This document shows, piece by piece, positions 1 through 8,888 of a DNA stretch of 64,000 nt. The notes under the pieces are model-generated. The model was not told the origin of the DNA and searched no databases. It was given only the letters and a program-made list of their open reading frames with translations. Source of the DNA: an uncultured Candidatus Saccharibacteria bacterium (GTDB taxonomy: Bacteria; Patescibacteriota; Doudnabacteria; UBA920); contig CAYYQK010000001.1 of the NCBI GenBank assembly GCA_964473815.1, positions 93,523 to 157,522 of the forward strand. The letters are read 5' to 3'. A program made the translations under genes and the position numbers. Every line of letters starts with the position of its first letter. Within the stretch, counting starts at the first letter, position 1.

Positions 1-1
1 A

Positions 2-445
2 AAAAACCAACGTTACTCAGGCGCTGTACCAAAACCAATCAGCAGCGCAGACTTAAATGAATTTCCTGAAGGATCATATGCAGAGCCGTTAGACGGCACA
101 CTTGTTAAAAGTCCAAACGAACCTTCTATCTACTACATGCAAAGTGGTTTACGTCGACCATTAACATACCAAGTATTTACAATGCGCGGTTTTAAATTCT
201 CAGACGTTGTAACTTTAACTAACATCGAAGTTAATTCTTGGATTGAAGGCAGCTTCTTAACACCTCCTGATGGTACTGTCATGAAAAGTACAATCAACCC
301 AACTATCTATTGGGTAGTAAATGGAATTTTGCGACCAGTAAATTATAATTTTTATATCCAACGTGGCTTAAATGCTTTTCCGATTGTTATCACTTCGGAA
401 AATGATATTTCAAAAATGCCACGCGGTGATGCATACGTGTTGTAA
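2..445 (+). CDS. Surface protein with GxL(I/V)KS..P.IY...G.(K/R)RP repeats, 5' truncated by the window edge
   Basis: The frame of ORF 137..445 stays open back to base 2 (KNQRYSGAVPKPISSADLNEFPEGSYAEPLDGTLVKSPNEPSIYYMQSG...). Repeats DGTLVKS..PSIYY and DGTVMKS..PTIYW resemble those in the next gene. Confidence 0.75.
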   Translation, partial: KNQRYSGAVPKPISSADLNEFPEGSYAEPLDGTLVKSPNEPSIYYMQSGLRRPLTYQVFTMRGFKFSDVVTLTNIEVNSWIEGSFLTPPDGTVMKSTINPTIYWVVNGILRPVNYNFYIQRGLNAFPIVITSENDISKMPRGDAYVL

Positions 446-551
446 ATTCTTGTAAGTCGCTGTAACATTTTCACTTCTAAAAACGATATAACTTTAAGGG
501 TTGATTTTCATCAACTTTTAAGATAAAGTAAAAAAGCAAAGAAATCTTGTT

Positions 552-2351
552 ATGAAGAAACAAACACTTTCCAAAAAATCAATTTTAATAAATGTCTTAG
601 TTGCAGGCGGTTTAATTTTTTCTGCCTTTTTTAAGCTGCCAACAGCATATGCCGCACTAAGTGTTGACTCTTCTTTTAACCCAGACAAAATTATCGACGA
701 CAAAATTTTTAGCGATAAGAATGCAATGTCTGCTGCTGATATCCAAAAGTTTTTAGAAGATAAGAAGAGTGTGCTAGCTAACACTAGCAATTCATTTTTG
801 ATGCAACTTAAAGAACCAGTTGATAATCAAAACACCAAACAAATTTTGGAAGACCCTCATGCGGCTTCAAATACACCACGAACAGCGGCTCAGTTGATCT
901 ATGATGCATCAAACTCTGCCGGATTAAATCCGCAAGTATTGTTAGTTTCGTTGAACAAAGAACAAAGTTTAATCACTGGTCGTCAAACTGCCACTCCAGA
1001 ACAGCTGCAGCGCGCCTTAGACTTTGCGTTAGGTTTTGGTTGCCCAGATAGCCAGCCTTGTGGCGCTGTTTATCAGGGTTTTTATTTCCAATTATTCGGA
1101 GGTGTGGATACAGAAAATAATCGCTACTTGGGCGCAGCCCGTTCTTTAATGAAATCTTTCAGCACACCGGGCGGCCGCGGGCCATACTACAACGGTGGAA
1201 TTTCTAAGGTAGGGGACACAATCGAATTAAACAATACTGTTGGTGATTACGACGGAGTACAGCCTACTCAGCGCGTGCGTTTGTCTAATAACGCCACAGC
1301 CGCACTTTACCGTTATACCCCACACGTCTTCAATGGCAACTATAACTTCTTTAAATTTTATAAAGCTTGGTTTGGTTCTCCAACCTCTGGCGGAAGTGAT
1401 TCACCTGCCACAAACGGATTAATAAAAGTTTCCGGTAATGCTGATTTGTATATCTTGGAAAATGGCGGCGTTTACAAAGTTTTGCCTTTCGTTGCTAAAG
1501 CGCGCAAAATCAGCACTACGAAATACAAGAAAGTATCGAAGAGTCAATTCGCAACATACAACAACTTCGGTTTGTATGCAGTACCAGATTTCACTTTAAT
1601 TAAAGTCGGCACGCAGTACTACTTGTTTGTTAATAACAAAAAAGTGGCTGTCACCACCGATGTTTTAAAAGCGAGAAATATTAGTGCGAACAAAGCAATT
1701 ATCGTTAAATCAACTGATGCAAATCAGTATGAAACTGGTACTAGTTTAGATCCAAGCCCAATTGTGTCTTCACCGCCACCGACACCAAGTACGCCAACCC
1801 CACCTTCTCAGGGCGGACAACTGATGACAGGCGCGATTATTAAATCCGCATCTTCTTCGACCGTGTACCTTTACGAAGATGGCAAGAAGAAACCAATGGA
1901 TGGCGAAATTTTCCGCAACCGCGGTTTCTCATTCAATAACTTAATGACTGTTCCGGATGATCAATTGAATGCGCTTCAACTTGGCTCAATGCCTTTGCCG
2001 GTTGATAACACATATTTCAAAGATAAAAAAACCGGGCAACTTTACGTTTACCGTGACGGAAAGAAGAGTTCAATTTCTGCGTTCGTAGCAAAGCAACGCA
2101 ACATTACACCTGATTTCACTTTCGGTGAAGACATTACGAACAATCTGCCAAATGGCAAACCGATTTTACCAAAAACCGGCACGATATTTAAAGGCGACAA
2201 AAAGGCTGATGTATTTTTGATGAACTTAAGTTCCGCTAGTCCAATGACTTTAACCGCTTTTCAAGCCCGCAACATCAAGCCTGCAGACTTAAACATTTTG
2301 CCACAGGCTGAAGTTGACAGCTATCCAAAGGGTGCGCTACTGTCTAAATAA
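552..2351 (+). CDS. Secreted protein: possible lysozyme-like N-terminal domain, Pro-rich linker, C-terminal surface repeats
   Basis: Signal peptide; AAQLIYDAS...LNPQVLLVSLNKEQSLI motif; repeats GLIKVSGNADLYILENG, GAIIKSASSSTVYLYEDGKKKP, GTIFKGDKKADVF. Confidence 0.6.
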   Translation: MKKQTLSKKSILINVLVAGGLIFSAFFKLPTAYAALSVDSSFNPDKIIDDKIFSDKNAMSAADIQKFLEDKKSVLANTSNSFLMQLKEPVDNQNTKQILEDPHAASNTPRTAAQLIYDASNSAGLNPQVLLVSLNKEQSLITGRQTATPEQLQRALDFALGFGCPDSQPCGAVYQGFYFQLFGGVDTENNRYLGAARSLMKSFSTPGGRGPYYNGGISKVGDTIELNNTVGDYDGVQPTQRVRLSNNATAALYRYTPHVFNGNYNFFKFYKAWFGSPTSGGSDSPATNGLIKVSGNADLYILENGGVYKVLPFVAKARKISTTKYKKVSKSQFATYNNFGLYAVPDFTLIKVGTQYYLFVNNKKVAVTTDVLKARNISANKAIIVKSTDANQYETGTSLDPSPIVSSPPPTPSTPTPPSQGGQLMTGAIIKSASSSTVYLYEDGKKKPMDGEIFRNRGFSFNNLMTVPDDQLNALQLGSMPLPVDNTYFKDKKTGQLYVYRDGKKSSISAFVAKQRNITPDFTFGEDITNNLPNGKPILPKTGTIFKGDKKADVFLMNLSSASPMTLTAFQARNIKPADLNILPQAEVDSYPKGALLSK

Positions 2352-2354
2352 TAC

Positions 2355-3791
2355 ATGTCGAGCCCGTCCAAAAACATTTTCTGGTTATCGTTATCGAGGA
2401 TCATTTCCCTGATCCTCTTGTTTTTGGCATATTTATTTTTAACTTCCTATTTAGGGCCCTACCGCTATGGTCAATTTCAGTTTGTACTTTCTTACTCCAC
2501 GCTGTTTGGGGTGATGGTGGATTTTGGATTGCAGCAATACATCATCAAAAAAATTAGCGAAGATAAGTCACAAGCCAAAAAATATTTTCACAACTTTCTT
2601 GTTGTCGAAATAGTATTGGCGTCGTTGCTTTATGTTGTAATGGTGGCAGTGGCTTATTACAATAACTACGACCGTGAAGTTATACATGCCATTATTGTGT
2701 CTGGTTTAGGCATGACTTTGACCGGTCTGACCTACCCATTTCTGTCTGTTGTCACCGCCTTTTACGATTTAAAGAAAGCCGCGATCTTAAATTTTTTGTC
2801 ATCATTCATAAACTTCCTCATCATTTTGTTAACGATCTGGCTGCATGGTGGTATTGTGATGCTAGTAACACAGCAAGTAGTGTACGCCATAGTTGCTTTG
2901 ATAATTTACTACTTCCTAATCCAAAAGCATATTGGCAAACCGGAAATTTTGCGGGGACTATTTTCTTTAGACTCCAAGATAGTGAAGGGAATTATTAAGT
3001 ATGGACCGCCATTTGCATTGTTGGCTGGTTTTGCGACTTTGTACAATCGTATTGATGTAGTGTTAATCAAACATTTTTACGACTACAGCCAGGTGGGTTT
3101 GTATAGTGCAGCCTACAAAATTTTTGACTTGTTAGCGTTTTTTCCGGCCGTAGTAGCGTATGCATTGTATCCATTATTCGCTTCCTTAATGGCAGAAAAG
3201 AAGATTGGCGAAGTGAGGGATATAATTGAAAAATATTTACGCATGATGACTGCAATTGCGTTGCCAATGGCAGTCGGTGGAATGTTGCTCTCGAATCAGC
3301 TTATGGGCATTTTAGACGCGCGTTTTAGTAATGCAGCACCAGTGTTATCTATTGTAGTTTGGGCTCCGGCTGTTTTGTATATTTATGTTGTGGCCAATTC
3401 TTTAGTCATTTCACAATTAACTAAATGGGCAGTCGTAATAACCGCAACCAATGTTTTGATAAACATAATCGGAAATATTATTTTATTACCGCACTATGGA
3501 ATCAAAGGAGCTGCGGTGATGACGGTAGTTTCTGAAACCTTTCAAGCCATTTTCTATTTCTATTTTGTACGCACCAAAGTTACGAACTTCAAATTTTTCT
3601 CACTGGTTTGGCGGCCAGTATTGGGCGCAATCGTCATGGGGGTTGTGGTGTGGTACTTCCGCGCTTGGCCATTAGTACCAGCTGTAGTCTTGGGCGTTGT
3701 TGTCTATGGCGCCGCATTGCTTGCGCTTCGCTTTTTCCAAAAGGATGACATTGCATTCGTTAAGTCATTTTTAAAACGTGGCACAGCTTAA
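2355..3791 (+). CDS. Wzx-type flippase / polysaccharide biosynthesis protein (MOP superfamily)
   Basis: About 14 TM segments; KNIFWL N-terminus, YLGP..YG, DFGLQQY, RIDVVLI..VGLYSAAYKI, LLPHYGIKGAA. Confidence 0.9.
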   Translation: MSSPSKNIFWLSLSRIISLILLFLAYLFLTSYLGPYRYGQFQFVLSYSTLFGVMVDFGLQQYIIKKISEDKSQAKKYFHNFLVVEIVLASLLYVVMVAVAYYNNYDREVIHAIIVSGLGMTLTGLTYPFLSVVTAFYDLKKAAILNFLSSFINFLIILLTIWLHGGIVMLVTQQVVYAIVALIIYYFLIQKHIGKPEILRGLFSLDSKIVKGIIKYGPPFALLAGFATLYNRIDVVLIKHFYDYSQVGLYSAAYKIFDLLAFFPAVVAYALYPLFASLMAEKKIGEVRDIIEKYLRMMTAIALPMAVGGMLLSNQLMGILDARFSNAAPVLSIVVWAPAVLYIYVVANSLVISQLTKWAVVITATNVLINIIGNIILLPHYGIKGAAVMTVVSETFQAIFYFYFVRTKVTNFKFFSLVWRPVLGAIVMGVVVWYFRAWPLVPAVVLGVVVYGAALLALRFFQKDDIAFVKSFLKRGTA

Positions 3792-4239
3792 AACAAAAAT
3801 TAAAGTTACGAATCGAGCAACACGTATTTTAGTGTTTGGTACTTTTGATATGGTCCATCCAGGCCATAGACATTTTTTTGCGCAAGCTCGGAAGTTGGCA
3901 AAAAAGAGTACTGAACCTTTTTTAATTGTGTCCTTGGCGCGCGATAAAAATGTTCTGCGCATTAAAAAGCATTTACCAAAAAAATCTGAAAAGCAAAGAA
4001 AGGCACAAATGGAATCTGTGCCAGAAGTAGACAAAGTTGTGCTGGGTGCAATCGGCAACCACATCCCAGCAATTGTCCGCTTAAAGCCCGACATAATTGC
4101 TTTAGGCTACGACCAGAGCGCTTACGTTAAGGGGTTGCGTACTCAGCTTAAATATGCAGGACTGGCACCCAAAATTGTGCGTCTTAAATCCCACAAACCT
4201 CACATTTACAAAACTTCTCTCTTGAAGAAAACTAAGTAA
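3778..4239 (+). CDS. Cytidylyltransferase-family nucleotidyltransferase (RibL FAD synthase / TagD-like)
   Basis: FGTFDMVHPGH (HxGH), ARD, KPDIIALGYDQ, YKTSLL. Confidence 0.85.
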   Translation: MAQLKTKIKVTNRATRILVFGTFDMVHPGHRHFFAQARKLAKKSTEPFLIVSLARDKNVLRIKKHLPKKSEKQRKAQMESVPEVDKVVLGAIGNHIPAIVRLKPDIIALGYDQSAYVKGLRTQLKYAGLAPKIVRLKSHKPHIYKTSLLKKTK

Positions 4240-4332
4240 AAACTTCAGATATTCTTTGGGGATAATCGAGATGGTTAATTAGCTTCTATTATTCTATAAT
4301 GCAAATAGAAGAGAAAATTTAGCATAACTATA

Positions 4333-5049
4333 ATGGAAACGGTTTCACCTTCAGAGAATAATTCAAGGCTTCCAGAGAGTTTAGATACCTTAACTTTTTT
4401 GTTAACTCTAGTTTTAATCTCTCTATCCATTGTCATCATGGTTGGAGAAATTCGCTATTTGATCATTTCCAAAGATATCAAGTCATCCACTAACATTAAT
4501 CAAAACGACACCTCAAATTCTCAAATCGTCGAGTGCAATACGGATTTAAATACTTGGAAACCTTTCACGTATATGGCCGGAAAAGTCAAAGTTTCATTTA
4601 AGTATCCATCTTGTTGGCAACAAAATACTGATGAACGTTTTGATGAGTATGCCCCCCTATGGCATTTTGTGAATTCTAGCATAGATTTGTCCTACTCCGA
4701 CCCAAACAAGTTATACAAAGGTCCAACTGCGGAAACAGAGGAAAAGAAATTTTCTAGTTTCACTTTGGGGTATGGTTATGGCACCTCTGTTTTGAGTCAA
4801 ACTGTTAGTAAAGTTGTAGAGCAATCTAAGATAGCCGGTTATCCCGCAACAAAAACTATTTACAAAGGAATTAAAAATGACGGTAGTATAGTTATGTATG
4901 CCAACACAGGCATAGTATATGAAATTCCTCATCAAATTGAACGCGGGAAGCTGGGCATAACGTTTACAATTCAATTTTACGATTCAGACAAAACCGATTA
5001 TTCAAAGATCGCAGATTTAATTGGCTCAACTTTTGAAATAAAGCAATGA
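4333..5049 (+). CDS. Membrane-anchored hypothetical protein, PsbP/Mog1-like ectodomain
   Basis: One N-terminal TM; WKPF...VSFKYPSCW, KIAGYPA, and C-terminal IGSTFEI pattern. Confidence 0.55.
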   Translation: METVSPSENNSRLPESLDTLTFLLTLVLISLSIVIMVGEIRYLIISKDIKSSTNINQNDTSNSQIVECNTDLNTWKPFTYMAGKVKVSFKYPSCWQQNTDERFDEYAPLWHFVNSSIDLSYSDPNKLYKGPTAETEEKKFSSFTLGYGYGTSVLSQTVSKVVEQSKIAGYPATKTIYKGIKNDGSIVMYANTGIVYEIPHQIERGKLGITFTIQFYDSDKTDYSKIADLIGSTFEIKQ

Positions 5050-5615
5050 CAAAACGGAATAAAATCACTATATTGATAGCCGTGGTTCTATTGATGATAG
5101 ATATTGCCTTGGGAGTATATATTGTCTATGGTACAAAAACCCACGAAGAGATTAAAAACAATCTTACGTCAAACGTTTTAGATAAATCTAAAAGTACTCA
5201 AACAGAACAGACGAACCAAGAATACAACATCATCAAGATCGACAGTGACGAAAAAATGCTTTCTGCAGCAAAGGAGTCGCTCAAATTTATTGACAATTTC
5301 CATACAGAGAAGGGTTATTTCCCATGTGAGGATGAGTTTTATATTAACTTTTGGAATAGGCATTATACGTATGAGCCAGATCTAGAAGGTCCTTTCTATA
5401 ACTCCCCATTAATTTATTATTATCCAGATTGTTCGAGCGATAGTGATAGACCTCAAAAATTTCTTTGGTTTTATTATAGTCTTAATAAAGCTAATCCTAA
5501 AGCTTTTGGTACACCTTCTCCTTCTAACGGGGGTGTAGGAACAGAATATCGTGTAACTTCAGAGCAGAATGATCCAGACCAGCAATATTATAAGGATGCC
5601 TTGAAACAATTTTAA
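5046..5615 (+). CDS. Membrane-anchored hypothetical protein with pilin/GspG-like motif
   Basis: N-terminal TM; LKFIDNFHTEKGYFP resembles the L..Y....G.YP pilin helix end; Cys pair. Confidence 0.45.
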   Translation: MTKRNKITILIAVVLLMIDIALGVYIVYGTKTHEEIKNNLTSNVLDKSKSTQTEQTNQEYNIIKIDSDEKMLSAAKESLKFIDNFHTEKGYFPCEDEFYINFWNRHYTYEPDLEGPFYNSPLIYYYPDCSSDSDRPQKFLWFYYSLNKANPKAFGTPSPSNGGVGTEYRVTSEQNDPDQQYYKDALKQF

Positions 5616-5632
5616 TTAGTAACCACTTTTTT

Positions 5633-6382
5633 ATGGATCAAAATATAGATAATCAACAGCCAGAAGTCATAGCCCCTTTAGAACAACAACCAAACCCGGT
5701 TGCGCCGCAAGATGCAGCGGTGAAATCAAATCGGGCAAATATAATAATTGTCATCAGTTTGTTAATTTTGATTTTACTCGCGCTTGGGGGAATTGTTTGG
5801 ATTTATACAAAATCACCTTCTAAACAAACAATAAAAAACGACACTTCAACTCAATCGTCAAGTTCTGCAAACGAAACTGCGCCAATAGCAGAAATGAAAG
5901 GTTGGCAAACTTTTAACGATAAGCGTATCGATTTTACATTTCAATATCCCCAGGGTTGGACGGCGACTGTCGAGGGAACGGCTGATTTTCCAGATGTAAT
6001 AATAACACCACAAGGAGCGAATTATTATTCGAATATCGTGCAACAAGAGGGAAACTCCAATCAAGATTATAAGACACCAGATCCAAAGTACATACGTATT
6101 CAGCAAAGGAAGGGTGACTATTCTTCTAAAAGCTTTGCGAATTTTAAGGCCAATAATGATGCGGAATTTAACAGCCAGTTTTATAAGGATAGGAATATCA
6201 CAATATCCTATGAAGACACCACATTGGGTGGTAAGCAGGCTCTTATTCTTAGAACTACAGAGTTACCGGGTTATAGAGAAATCGTTGTATTCATTAATGG
6301 TGCAGAATATGACTTTGAGGTTGGTGTTGGCAACGAAGCAGAGTTAAATGGCATTCTAAAAACCGTAAAATTTTCTAACTGA
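5633..6382 (+). CDS. Membrane-anchored PsbP-like hypothetical protein
   Basis: TM followed by GWQTFND...FTFQYPQGW, TLGGKQA, ILKTVKF. Confidence 0.6.
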   Translation: MDQNIDNQQPEVIAPLEQQPNPVAPQDAAVKSNRANIIIVISLLILILLALGGIVWIYTKSPSKQTIKNDTSTQSSSSANETAPIAEMKGWQTFNDKRIDFTFQYPQGWTATVEGTADFPDVIITPQGANYYSNIVQQEGNSNQDYKTPDPKYIRIQQRKGDYSSKSFANFKANNDAEFNSQFYKDRNITISYEDTTLGGKQALILRTTELPGYREIVVFINGAEYDFEVGVGNEAELNGILKTVKFSN

Positions 6383-6495
6383 AATAATTAGATCTTTTTT
6401 AGCTTAAACACCCTTGCGGGTTTTTAGCTATTTTTTTGTTACTTTTCCTCAATTTCCACGTAATATAGCTAGAAACACATGATACAATAGAATTG

Positions 6496-7071
6496 ATGGA
6501 AATATCAGAACCAAAAATTATCGCGGACTGTCAGGCAGGTCAAATGGAGACATTTGTATATCTTTACGACAAATATGTCGAAAAAATCTACAAATTCCTC
6601 TATTTCCGGACTTTTGACCAAGAATTGGCCGAAGATATCACTAGCCAGACCTTTTTGAAGGCTATGGATAAAATTGGCTCCTTCAACGGAGAAAAGGGAA
6701 CTTTTCAGGCGTGGCTTTACCAAATTGCTCGCAACCTGCTCATTGATGAATATCGCAAGCAAAAGCCGACTGACAACATTGATGCTCACTTTGATTTAGC
6801 GAGTGACATTAATCTGGAATCGGAAACAGCTGGCAGTATTACCAATGAAAAGTTGCGCGAGTTATTACTTAGCTTGCCAGCGGAAGCGCAAGAACTTGTT
6901 AGTATGCGCTTATGGGATGAAATGTCTTACGCGGAAATCGCCATAATTACTGGCAAGAGCGAAGGCGCATTAAAAATGCAATTCTCCCGCATCGTTGATC
7001 AATTAAAAAAACATTCACACTTGTTGGTGCTATTCGTAGCCCTCCACTTATCATTAACGAAAATTATATGA
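6496..7071 (+). CDS. ECF RNA polymerase sigma factor
   Basis: LYDKY..KIY.F, AEDITSQTF, FQAWLYQIARNLLIDEYRK (region 2); MSYAEIA...GKSEGALK (region 4). ATG at 6496 chosen over TTG at 6493. Confidence 0.93.
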   Translation: MEISEPKIIADCQAGQMETFVYLYDKYVEKIYKFLYFRTFDQELAEDITSQTFLKAMDKIGSFNGEKGTFQAWLYQIARNLLIDEYRKQKPTDNIDAHFDLASDINLESETAGSITNEKLRELLLSLPAEAQELVSMRLWDEMSYAEIAIITGKSEGALKMQFSRIVDQLKKHSHLLVLFVALHLSLTKII

Positions 7072-8744
7072 TAGAACATACTTCAAATAATGTAGACGAA
7101 CAAGTTTCCAGTATCATGGCAGAATTGGGATTGAATACAGATGATAGCAATGCGCGTAAAATAATCGCTCGTTTGCTTCAGTCAAAGCCAGACGTGGCAA
7201 TTGACTCGCAGTTTATGTCTCAACTCCGCAATGTACTTCAGGCGCACGGCAATGTGGCCGCAGCGCAAACAAAATCTAATCAATCATTTAAATTTACAGT
7301 AATGTTTGTAAACAGAATTCTTGCCTCAGCTTTAATTGTGATGGTGGTATTGGCGGGTGGTGGTTTTTGGTACATCCAAAACAAAACTGACAAACCTCTA
7401 TTTACTTCTCCTGCAGCAAAACAAGTAAACCAAGTTCTCTCTGGTAAGTATGGAGTATCAGAAAAGTCTCAAGAATCTTTCGGGGACTTAAGTAAAGTTT
7501 CTATCATCAATACAAAAAATGCGCCTAGTTTAGCGAACAATAGCACAGCTCCAAACAACAAAGCAGAGACCGCTACCATGAAGGCTTTTGGGGGTGGCGA
7601 TACTAAGTACATTGCCCCAGGCGAACCTTATCCAATTTACGACTACTCATTCCGTTACGACGGCAAGGACTTACCACAATTAGGTGCGAATCAGTTCGTT
7701 CTTCGACGCACATTGCCGCAACAGCAACCAAGTTTGTTTGACCGCATTGTTAGCACACTTAGCTTTGGTCTAATTGATTTAACTAAATTTAGAGATACCA
7801 AAGTACAGTCGCTCTCCTTTGTTGAAGACCATCAATATGGTTACAGTGTTGGTGTTGATATGGTAAATGGCAGTGTGAATTTAAGCCAAAACTGGGAAAA
7901 GTGGCCACAACCAGATTATTCTAAATGCGCGCAACCTGTTCCTGCAGGATCGGCAGAGCAAACTATGCCAGCTTGTGGTCCTCAACCTCTGAAGATTGGC
8001 GATATCCCTGCAGACGATGTGCTATTTAAATCTACCAATGCTTTTCTTGACCAGTACGGAATTTCTCGTGAAGCCTACGGCAATCCAAAAGTAGATAACT
8101 CTTGGCGCATCTATTACGACCAAGCTCCTGAATCTGAAAAGCAAAGCATATACATTCCGGAACAGTTGAATGTAATTTACCCTTTGATTTTGGATGGTCA
8201 ACAGGTGTTTGATGAATCCGGGAATCCATACGGCATGAATGTAACTTATGATGTTCGCAATCAAAAAGTTGCTAGCATTTATGAACTGACTACACATCAA
8301 TACGACCGTTCACAGTACACGGGCGTAACTAACAGCAAGATAATTACCGACTATGCTGAACGCGGTGGCTGGCGCAATCAGATTTATCCACTTGATCGCA
8401 GCATTCCAGAGAACCGTAACGCTAAAAGCGCTGTGTTGAAACTGGACACTCCAACAGTGAAGTTAGTAAAAATGTATTACACAGATCCGAATCAACCTTA
8501 TTCACCAAGCAATAGTGGCGAATTGTATGTACCAGCTTTGGTGTTCCCAATCAAAAACTATCAGGAAGTTAATTACTGGCGTTCTAGTATTATTGTACCG
8601 TTGGTTAAAGATATCTTTGATAGTGATCAAACTGGCCCGCAAACCTATTCTGAACCTGCACAGGGGATGGGTGGTTCAGCTGCGGGAGGTAGTGCTGAGA
8701 TTGAAATAGTATCTCCTTCAGACCTGCCAAAAAATCAAAACTAA
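7068..8744 (+). CDS. Putative anti-sigma factor: single TM with large extracellular domain
   Basis: ATGA overlap with the sigma gene; short cytoplasmic N-terminus (P.IDSQF..QLR..L), one TM, large ectodomain. Confidence 0.6.
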   Translation: MIEHTSNNVDEQVSSIMAELGLNTDDSNARKIIARLLQSKPDVAIDSQFMSQLRNVLQAHGNVAAAQTKSNQSFKFTVMFVNRILASALIVMVVLAGGGFWYIQNKTDKPLFTSPAAKQVNQVLSGKYGVSEKSQESFGDLSKVSIINTKNAPSLANNSTAPNNKAETATMKAFGGGDTKYIAPGEPYPIYDYSFRYDGKDLPQLGANQFVLRRTLPQQQPSLFDRIVSTLSFGLIDLTKFRDTKVQSLSFVEDHQYGYSVGVDMVNGSVNLSQNWEKWPQPDYSKCAQPVPAGSAEQTMPACGPQPLKIGDIPADDVLFKSTNAFLDQYGISREAYGNPKVDNSWRIYYDQAPESEKQSIYIPEQLNVIYPLILDGQQVFDESGNPYGMNVTYDVRNQKVASIYELTTHQYDRSQYTGVTNSKIITDYAERGGWRNQIYPLDRSIPENRNAKSAVLKLDTPTVKLVKMYYTDPNQPYSPSNSGELYVPALVFPIKNYQEVNYWRSSIIVPLVKDIFDSDQTGPQTYSEPAQGMGGSAAGGSAEIEIVSPSDLPKNQN

Positions 8745-8763
8745 TCTAGAGTTAGTTATTACA

Positions 8764-8793
8764 AAAAGCTCCTTAACTAATAGGGAGCTTTTT
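8764..8793. terminator. Intrinsic terminator, probably bidirectional
   Basis: aaaaagctcctta-actaa-tagggagcttttt. Confidence 0.85.
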
Positions 8794-8801
8794 GATTATT
8801 A

Positions 8802-8830
8802 TTGACAAAAACCCCAGAAATTGATATATT
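8802..8830 (+). promoter_or_regulatory. sigma70 promoter of cassette gene 8889
   Basis: TTGACA (8802) - 17 nt - TATATT (8825) with extended TG; SD AGGAGG at 8873. Confidence 0.8.
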
Positions 8831-8888
8831 CTGATATTGTCCGAGATGGACTATTGTACTTATTACATCAAAAGGAGGTGAAAAAAGT

